Source: a virus. Taken from it: a stretch of 64,000 bases of DNA. Positions 57,623 to 64,000 of the stretch are shown in pieces (within the stretch, counting starts at the first letter, position 1; each line of letters begins with the position of its first letter). Where the stretch lies: positions 11,425-75,424 of IMG/VR virus record IMGVR_UViG_3300045131_002907. One strand, given 5' to 3'. The notes under the pieces were generated by a model that saw only the letters and a list, made by a program, of their open reading frames with translations, had not been told where the DNA came from and did not search any database. Both the position numbers and the translations under genes were made by a program.

Positions 57623-59884
57623 ATGAAAGCAGTGCTGACATATCTGGGGCGCATGCTCTCCCTGAGCCCGGCGCCCCTTGGAAAACAGTTCGAGGATTCC
57701 TGTGTGGTCACCAGGATGATTCAGGTCAATGCTTGTGCTGAGAACGGGTGGCGACAATCCAGGAAACCAGAGGACCACACCCTGTACTGGTATGACACCC
57801 AACCCGATGGTACCCCGGTATTCGTGACCTACTCGGGCTACGGGTACCGGATCCATGCTGAACTCACCAGGCAAGGCCATGAAGTCGAGGTCAGGGACTT
57901 CACCCCGTGTGGGCTCCCGGATCCAGAACTCACCAGACTTCAGGGGATCTCTTGGCGGGGATCCCAGGCCGACGTGGTCTGCAAGCTCCTCGCCAATAGG
58001 TGTGGGGTCATCGATTGCCCCACCGGATGGGGCAAGAGTTTTATCATCCGAATGATTGTGCGGGCATACCCCAATTCCTTGATTGGGGTCACTGTTCCTA
58101 GCACGGATGTCGCCAAAGAAATATATGAGGCCTTGGTCCCCGAGCTCGGATACTCAGTGGGCATCGTGGGTGGAGGTAAGCACAAGCAGCGAAGGGTAAC
58201 CGTAGCGGTTACACACTCGTTGTTAAAGTTGGATCCCAACATCAACTTGCTGATGACCGATGAGTGCTTTGTAGGGGATACTCTGGTGGCGACTCCACGT
58301 GGGCCGGTCACGATTGACAGTGTGCGCAGCGGAGATACTGTGTGCGTAGCCACCGGAACTGGACAAGTCCAGGCAACCTCCGTTAGGCAGACTTTGGAGG
58401 TATGCCATGTTGCGTTTACTGACGGAAGCTCAGTTACTACCACTCCTACCCACCCTTTTTTCACAGAGAGGGGATGGGTACGCGCGGGAGAGCTGGAAGT
58501 CGGACAGATGTTATTCCGCCAGGAAGACATGTGCGTATTGCGGTGTGGTATTCTCCCCGGTGTACCCATCGGGGAGAAGGGAGCCGGAGCACACGTGGAA
58601 ACTGCGAATGTGCTGCTCGAACTCCTGCGCAAAGAAGTTAAAGAACCCAATGCACAACCCAGAGTCACGCGCGAAGATGGCACGCCGGTTATCGGCGATA
58701 GGGCATCAACCACGCGTACGCGGGGGGAACGGGAAGGGGATGACAGCCCCGCAATCAGCTCTATTGGGTGCGTTAGGGGAGGGCTGGTTACCGGAGTTCG
58801 TTGTTCTAACAAGGAAGCCAAGGACCTCCGGGTTTCCAGGCCATTACAAGATCGATATTGCGAACCCTGGTCTGATGATAGCGCTGGAAATCGACGGGAG
58901 GGGTCACCAGTCATTATCTCGCCGGCGGCAGGATCTGAAGAAGGCGACGTTGCTAACTGCCTTAGGGTGGCGGGTATTACACTTGAAAAACTCTCTAGCC
59001 CTCGAGTTGTCTTCAACCTCGCAGTGTCTGGGCACCCTTCTTACTATGCTGGGGGAGTGTTAGTTCACAACTGTCATGCCGTGCTTACCCCAAACTTCAT
59101 CGACATGTTCAATCGGTTCCCCCGCGCCAAGTTCCAGGCATTCACGGCTACCCCCAAGGGACGCAGTGATGGCGCCGATGGGTTCATGGAGGCCTTGTTC
59201 GGACCCGTGATCCACCATGTCCCCTATCAGGAGGCCGTGGAGTCCGGGAACATCTGCCAACTCAGGTATCGGGTCTACGAGAGTAAGATTGGACCCGATG
59301 TCACCGGGATGACCAATAAGGTCGCCAAGGATCGCGTCGCGGTCTGGCGTAATAAGGCGCGCAATGATTTGATTGCGCATGCGGTGAGGCGTGCAGAGAT
59401 CACTGAAGCCCCGGATCCCCAGATCCTGATCATGGTGGAGAAAACGGAACACGCCTTCCTGCTTCAGCAGGTCCTCCCCGAGTTTGTGGTCGTCACCGGT
59501 GAACTCGACGACGACAAGGAAGCGCGGCTGCGCAAAGTTGGGTCCATGCAGAGCACGCAGTCGGCGCCATCCAAAGATGACTGTGCTCGAATGAAGAAAG
59601 AGTTCTCAGCGGGAACCCTCCGCAAAGTCATCGCGACGTATAAGTGGTCCAAGGGGGTCAACTTCTTGGGCCTCGATGTCCTCGTCCGCGCCGAGGGCAC
59701 CTCAACTGAGATCGCGAGTGGTCAGGTCCCCGGGCGTCTGAGTCGTAAGGGCCACGATGGCAAAAAGGAGTATGGACTCCTCATCGATTTCAACGATGTC
59801 TTCAGCACGGATATGAAGGCGCGTTCAGCGAATCGCTTCAAGGTCTACAAGCGGAATGGCTGGATCTACGAGGTGGGCTCATGA
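57623..59884 (+). CDS. Superfamily 2 DNA helicase (UvsW-like) containing an intein
   Basis: PTGWGKS, DE|CH (Walker B restored after splicing), TATP, QxxGRLSR. Confidence 0.9.
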   Translation: MKAVLTYLGRMLSLSPAPLGKQFEDSCVVTRMIQVNACAENGWRQSRKPEDHTLYWYDTQPDGTPVFVTYSGYGYRIHAELTRQGHEVEVRDFTPCGLPDPELTRLQGISWRGSQADVVCKLLANRCGVIDCPTGWGKSFIIRMIVRAYPNSLIGVTVPSTDVAKEIYEALVPELGYSVGIVGGGKHKQRRVTVAVTHSLLKLDPNINLLMTDECFVGDTLVATPRGPVTIDSVRSGDTVCVATGTGQVQATSVRQTLEVCHVAFTDGSSVTTTPTHPFFTERGWVRAGELEVGQMLFRQEDMCVLRCGILPGVPIGEKGAGAHVETANVLLELLRKEVKEPNAQPRVTREDGTPVIGDRASTTRTRGEREGDDSPAISSIGCVRGGLVTGVRCSNKEAKDLRVSRPLQDRYCEPWSDDSAGNRREGSPVIISPAAGSEEGDVANCLRVAGITLEKLSSPRVVFNLAVSGHPSYYAGGVLVHNCHAVLTPNFIDMFNRFPRAKFQAFTATPKGRSDGADGFMEALFGPVIHHVPYQEAVESGNICQLRYRVYESKIGPDVTGMTNKVAKDRVAVWRNKARNDLIAHAVRRAEITEAPDPQILIMVEKTEHAFLLQQVLPEFVVVTGELDDDKEARLRKVGSMQSTQSAPSKDDCARMKKEFSAGTLRKVIATYKWSKGVNFLGLDVLVRAEGTSTEIASGQVPGRLSRKGHDGKKEYGLLIDFNDVFSTDMKARSANRFKVYKRNGWIYEVGS
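58265..59071 (+). mobile_element. Intein (269 aa) inserted in helicase motif II
   Basis: N-terminal CFVGDTLV, block B TPTHPF, block F VFNLAVSGHPSYYA, C-terminal VHN followed by Cys+1. Confidence 0.93.
58407..59063 (+). CDS. Zn-finger/Vsr-like (DUF559-type) endonuclease nested in the +1 frame of the intein
   Basis: SD GGAGGT 5 nt before the ATG. Motifs CAYC...CSNSC and YKIDIA...IALEIDGRGH...QDLKK...LGWRVLHL. Confidence 0.85.
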   Translation: MLRLLTEAQLLPLLPTLFSQRGDGYARESWKSDRCYSARKTCAYCGVVFSPVYPSGRREPEHTWKLRMCCSNSCAKKLKNPMHNPESRAKMARRLSAIGHQPRVRGGNGKGMTAPQSALLGALGEGWLPEFVVLTRKPRTSGFPGHYKIDIANPGLMIALEIDGRGHQSLSRRRQDLKKATLLTALGWRVLHLKNSLALELSSTSQCLGTLLTMLGEC

Positions 59885-60474
59885 AAACGGGCTACAAGAG
59901 AAAGAAAGTCTCCAGCGTCGAGACTGGTTTTGAGCCCGAGTCGGAACCCCAGGTAAGTCCTGAAATCGATCGGGATGCCACTGCCATCGAGCGTGCCTTC
60001 GTCGAGGCCAGGAGAGCAGTGGTCCCTGAATCCACGGGGTGCTCGAAGCAGCAACGCAGGTATTTCATCAAGGCAGCGGAGATCGCGAGGCGTCTCGGGG
60101 AATCCCCGGGGGTCTTCGTGAACACCCAGATCGGGTATCTCCTCAAGACAGGTGCCCAGTTATACCCTCAGGGCTTGGCATCTGAAACCGTGACCACAGG
60201 GGCACGGGATGTCTTGATTAGTACAGCCGATATTGACCTACATCGTTACCAATTACAGCTTGACCGCTGGAAAAGGTATGTCAGCATTGGCTCCCCCGAG
60301 GGTATCCTTCGGACAGTTTGGTTTGAGTTCACACCCCTGATGAGGTTTGTCATGTCCACGCATTATCACCTACCAGGCATCGCTGAGGCATGCCGTGAGG
60401 AGGCTCGACGCGAGTTCCTCGCCTCATCCACCGCTCAGAAGCTCTTTGTAGAGATAGGTGAGGTGTTCAAATGA
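59881..60474 (+). CDS. Hypothetical protein (possible helicase loader)
   Basis: Lies between the two helicases with ATGA coupling at both ends. Confidence 0.55.
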   Translation: MKTGYKRKKVSSVETGFEPESEPQVSPEIDRDATAIERAFVEARRAVVPESTGCSKQQRRYFIKAAEIARRLGESPGVFVNTQIGYLLKTGAQLYPQGLASETVTTGARDVLISTADIDLHRYQLQLDRWKRYVSIGSPEGILRTVWFEFTPLMRFVMSTHYHLPGIAEACREEARREFLASSTAQKLFVEIGEVFK

Positions 60475-61937
60475 ACTTCACACCTCAGCACTACTACATT
60501 GTTATCGGGCACATGTTATACAACCCCAGGTTTTGTAAGGATGCCTCGGCAAACCTACAATCCGAATGGTTTACATCGGAGCCCATTGGGTGCTCGTACT
60601 GGTGTTCCGCGGCGTTCTCCACAATCCAGGCTTATTTCGAGAGGTACAAGGTACCCCCGGATCAGCCCGCATTTAAGGCAGAAATCTTTGCTTTGGCGCA
60701 GCGATTCTTGAATCCATATTCGCCAGAGGCCGCGGCCTTCCAGAACGACACCGAGAACTTTGTTCACGTATTCATGCCCACGGTTACGGATAGCAGCGCC
60801 AAGTTGGCCAAGGCGTTATACGACCACATGATTAGAACGTGTCGGTTTGATGCCCAGGCCAAGGCGCTGATCGAGGAAGCCCAGCGAAACCAGAACAGTG
60901 ACAACTTCTTGAGTGAACTCTCGAAGCGGTCCACTGCGCTCGACATGGAGCGCTCACGGGCCTTCAGTGCCCCGAGCACCGCGTTCAATCCCTATGAGAA
61001 AATCGAGCAGGTTCCTCGTGTTCTCTCCGGTGTCGATTTCCTTGACGTCCGGGTTGGTGGTGGGCGTGGGCTGGTCCAGAGTGCTGCCATGGGGCTCGTC
61101 GCCCCAGGTGGTGGTGGCAAGACCACCCTGGGTAACCAGATCGTTATCGCCCAGGCCATGATGGGGAAACCCGCTATTATGGCGATTGCGGAACAAGGCA
61201 TGGATGCCGATTACCGCAGGAACGTGTTGGCATGTGCAACCGGGTTATCCACGAATACTTTGCTTGACCACGGTGATGACGTCGTCAAGGCAGCGATCGC
61301 GATGAACCTTGATCGGGACATCACCATGGATCGCCTGCAGAAACTGCAGGACAACGTGAAGTTCGTGGATCTCGTCAATGCACATGACGGCGATCTCACC
61401 AGTGTTGAAACCGCTATTGAGATCGCGGCGACCAGTGGTGATGGTCGCTTCCGTATCGCGTATTTTGATTGGGCGGGTGCCATGGGTGAGATGGCGAAGG
61501 CCCGGAAGTTCAGAGGCAACAAGTGGGAGACCGACGATCTCCGTGGACCCACCTCATTCGTGGCCGCCTGGGCAGCCGAGCTCGCCCAAAAGTATAACAT
61601 CTGCATTGTGCTGTCACATCAGATGTCTGGTGATGCCGCGAAGAAAGGTGCGTTCTTCGATTTCGATCAGTATTGTGGTGCGGATTCACGCACCAATTTC
61701 CAGGTCCCCCTCAGGTACTTTGTCACCATTGGCCCCCGTGATCCCAAGACGGGGCGCCAGATCCTGGGGGTACCCAAGGCACGAAATGATAGACCACTTC
61801 GTGGTAACGACCGCGTGGTCTTACGTCACACCGGTGAGTTCGCCTCTTTCGAGGAAGCCAAGGATTACTCGGTTTCCAATGGAAGAATTGCATGCAATAC
61901 GGTGAGCACCAATAAACACTCTGTCCCCAAAGAATAG
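60471..61937 (+). CDS. DnaB-like replicative helicase
   Basis: SGVDFLD, APGGGGKTT Walker A, YFDWAG, LSHQ, KARN. Confidence 0.8.
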   Translation: MNFTPQHYYIVIGHMLYNPRFCKDASANLQSEWFTSEPIGCSYWCSAAFSTIQAYFERYKVPPDQPAFKAEIFALAQRFLNPYSPEAAAFQNDTENFVHVFMPTVTDSSAKLAKALYDHMIRTCRFDAQAKALIEEAQRNQNSDNFLSELSKRSTALDMERSRAFSAPSTAFNPYEKIEQVPRVLSGVDFLDVRVGGGRGLVQSAAMGLVAPGGGGKTTLGNQIVIAQAMMGKPAIMAIAEQGMDADYRRNVLACATGLSTNTLLDHGDDVVKAAIAMNLDRDITMDRLQKLQDNVKFVDLVNAHDGDLTSVETAIEIAATSGDGRFRIAYFDWAGAMGEMAKARKFRGNKWETDDLRGPTSFVAAWAAELAQKYNICIVLSHQMSGDAAKKGAFFDFDQYCGADSRTNFQVPLRYFVTIGPRDPKTGRQILGVPKARNDRPLRGNDRVVLRHTGEFASFEEAKDYSVSNGRIACNTVSTNKHSVPKE

Positions 61938-61945
61938 GAGGAGAT

Positions 61946-63157
61946 ATGGCACGCACGGTATTAAACCCGGCGCTCTTCGATGCCCTGACCTCCATCTTTG
62001 GGAAGGTCAGGGTGACGTCGGAGGGTGAGAACGCGAGATGGGCATGGGATCTGACAAAGACCCCACGAGTACCAAGAATTGAGTACGGTGGTGAGCAGTA
62101 TTATGTGTGTTGTCCGGTATGCGGAGACACCAAGTATCGACTTGAAATCGGGCATCGCCTCCTGACTCCATTGGATCGCAATACAGCACCCGAGATCCTC
62201 AAGTACACTTACAAGTGTCATAACGAGGGCTGCAAGTTTCATACCCACCCCTCATTCGCCGCTGTCGAAGATTACATGAAGAAGCACCCCGATCTCGTCG
62301 GGTTCTCTGTGGCGCGAATAATGAGTTCACAGACTTCAAAACAGAATGGGCCTGAGATCTCGGTTACTCAGGATCTCCCCACCGGAGTCCTACCTTTGCG
62401 GGATCTCCCCAGTGGGCACCCCGCACGGGAGTTCGTGGTCAACAAGTATGGTTTTGACCCCGATGTCATCAGCGACTATTTCAAGGTCGGGTATTGTGCT
62501 ACACCGGATCCCAGGTATCCCGCGGCGTACAATCGGATCATCTTTCCCATCCTACAAGACGGGAAATGGGTTTCCTGGCAGGGGAGATCCCTGGACCCCC
62601 AGGCTACTCAGCGATGGTACTTCCCCACGGGATTCAAGAAGGTGTTATACAACTGGGATAACTTGCCACGCCAACGCGGTGATGTCGTCGTGATCACCGA
62701 AGGCATCCCGGCCTCGATTGCCAGTGGCCCCTCGGCCACCGCGATCTTTGGCAAGGATCTCGATCCCAGGCGGGTAAGCCTCATCGTCAGGGATTTCAAG
62801 ACAGCGGTCATCGCCTTGGATCCCGAGACCATGCTCCCGGATCCCGCAACACGTCGGAAGATAGGAGTCCGGTATGACCCTAATGACAACGGACGTATCT
62901 TTGCGCAGGAGCTCAAGGATCGCTTGGATCGCGCGGGGCTCCGAATCCCTGCCATGCTGCTCAGGTATCCCCCTGATGTCATGGAGGCCGCGAATGCGGC
63001 GGTGAAGCAACGCAAGGCTGAGCAAGATGGCTTGATCCCTAAAATGGAGAAGTCGAAGCGATTGAAGGTTCCTGATCCCGCTGACCTCGGTTGGGCTGTG
63101 ATGCGGGGTCTCCTGCAAGCCCTACCGGCATCCCATAGGAGTGCACACCTTGGCTAA
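61946..63157 (+). CDS. DNA primase (DnaG-like)
   Basis: CPVC...CHNEGC Zn finger, RIIFPI...WQGR, TOPRIM ITEG...ALD. Confidence 0.85.
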   Translation: MARTVLNPALFDALTSIFGKVRVTSEGENARWAWDLTKTPRVPRIEYGGEQYYVCCPVCGDTKYRLEIGHRLLTPLDRNTAPEILKYTYKCHNEGCKFHTHPSFAAVEDYMKKHPDLVGFSVARIMSSQTSKQNGPEISVTQDLPTGVLPLRDLPSGHPAREFVVNKYGFDPDVISDYFKVGYCATPDPRYPAAYNRIIFPILQDGKWVSWQGRSLDPQATQRWYFPTGFKKVLYNWDNLPRQRGDVVVITEGIPASIASGPSATAIFGKDLDPRRVSLIVRDFKTAVIALDPETMLPDPATRRKIGVRYDPNDNGRIFAQELKDRLDRAGLRIPAMLLRYPPDVMEAANAAVKQRKAEQDGLIPKMEKSKRLKVPDPADLGWAVMRGLLQALPASHRSAHLG

Positions 63158-64000
63158 AATCATAGCACAGGCGACCACACGCTCTGTGGTCGCCGAGGTC
63201 ATTGATCTGGATCCCGATCACCTCGCCGCAGTCCGGGTGCTACGACCCGAGCTATCCGAGGAGCAGGCCGCCCAGTACATCTGCAACAGCATCATCACGC
63301 TGCCCGAGGTAAAGCTCCCAGGGCAACCCGTACATCTCCCCGGGTGCATCCTCGACAACCCCCCGGTTTACGAGTGGCGAAAGGGGGTCCCCATTGTTTA
63401 CATCACACCTCCGGCGACCCGGGAGGATCTCAGCATCCAGAGCCACCTCAGCGATGACGTCGGGCTCTGGTTGAGAAACGAGATCGCGGGTTCAGGTCTC
63501 AACCTCAAGGACATCTTCCTGACCGCATCGATTCGGTTCCCACTGGGTGAAGGCATGACCTCGTATCGCGAGGCCCACAAGAAGTCGAATGCGGCCTTGT
63601 TCAGGGCTGACATCCTGGGGCTCAACCCCAGGTTGATCATCGCGAGTGGATCCGAGGCTCTCAAGGGGTTGTTTGGTAGAAATGCCAAGATGGACAACTA
63701 TGAGGGTCAGTTCCACGACTGGCATGGTACCACGGTTCTCGTGGTTCCCAGCCACAACCAGTTCGCCTATGGGCATGCCTCACTCGATGTCTTCCGGAGT
63801 TACCTGGAGCGCGCCCGTGACTTCCTGATCTTTAACGGGGTCAGTCAGGTCCAGGTCGATCGCTCCAAGTACAGGGTCTGCACATCACCGGGGGAAATCG
63901 AGGCGACCTGCAAAGAGGTCATCGCCAAGGTGGAATCCGGTGAAGTCGAAGTCGTCGTTTTCGATACCGAGTTCGGAAACGATGTAGCCCGGGAGGAGGC
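63150..64000 (+). CDS. DNA polymerase with N-terminal UDG-like domain and start of the 3'-5' exonuclease (3'-truncated)
   Basis: SD AGGAG followed by TTG and the frame is open to the window end. UDG-like segment NPRLIIASGSEALKGLFG and ExoI motif VFDTE. Confidence 0.75.
   Translation, partial: MAKIIAQATTRSVVAEVIDLDPDHLAAVRVLRPELSEEQAAQYICNSIITLPEVKLPGQPVHLPGCILDNPPVYEWRKGVPIVYITPPATREDLSIQSHLSDDVGLWLRNEIAGSGLNLKDIFLTASIRFPLGEGMTSYREAHKKSNAALFRADILGLNPRLIIASGSEALKGLFGRNAKMDNYEGQFHDWHGTTVLVVPSHNQFAYGHASLDVFRSYLERARDFLIFNGVSQVQVDRSKYRVCTSPGEIEATCKEVIAKVESGEVEVVVFDTEFGNDVAREE

Noticed and set aside
57940-59016. 358-aa antisense ORF across the intein
   Set aside because: Ser/Pro-rich with no motifs or evident RBS. 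Probably a by-product of the constrained sense frames.
1-64000. Alternative genetic code (stop reassignment), tRNA or rRNA genes
   Set aside because: Genes are intact in code 11 and use all three stops. No tRNA or rRNA was recognised by eye; a tRNAscan-SE run would be needed to exclude them.

Overview
This window is a segment of a large, GC-rich contractile-tailed (myovirus or jumbo-like) phage genome that reads in the standard genetic code. Positions 1-29.6 kb are a + strand virion module. It holds neck proteins, tail sheath, tail tube, a hub/spike-like protein, a chaperone pair with a probable -1 frameshift, tape measure, baseplate proteins, an embedded sigma-70-family factor and an array of five paralogous Cys-rich proteins. 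Positions 29.6-42.5 kb hold divergent genes: a primase-like Zn-finger protein, an AT-rich HNH nuclease, a small-gene cluster with repeated leader motifs and structured RNA, an RNase H-fold protein, the terminase large subunit, and a Rep-like protein followed by a ~240-nt hairpin. Positions 42.8-64 kb are a replication and recombination module: SbcD, about 11 kb of small accessory ORFs (including a pilin-like gene and an RHH+TnpB element), SbcC, an intein-containing SF2 helicase, a DnaB-like helicase, primase and the start of a UDG-domain DNA polymerase. The most striking observation is in the helicase intein. It has no recognisable in-frame homing endonuclease, but it fully encloses a Zn-finger/Vsr-like (DUF559-type) endonuclease ORF in the +1 frame with its own Shine-Dalgarno. 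All product calls rest on motifs and gene order read by eye; no database search was run.
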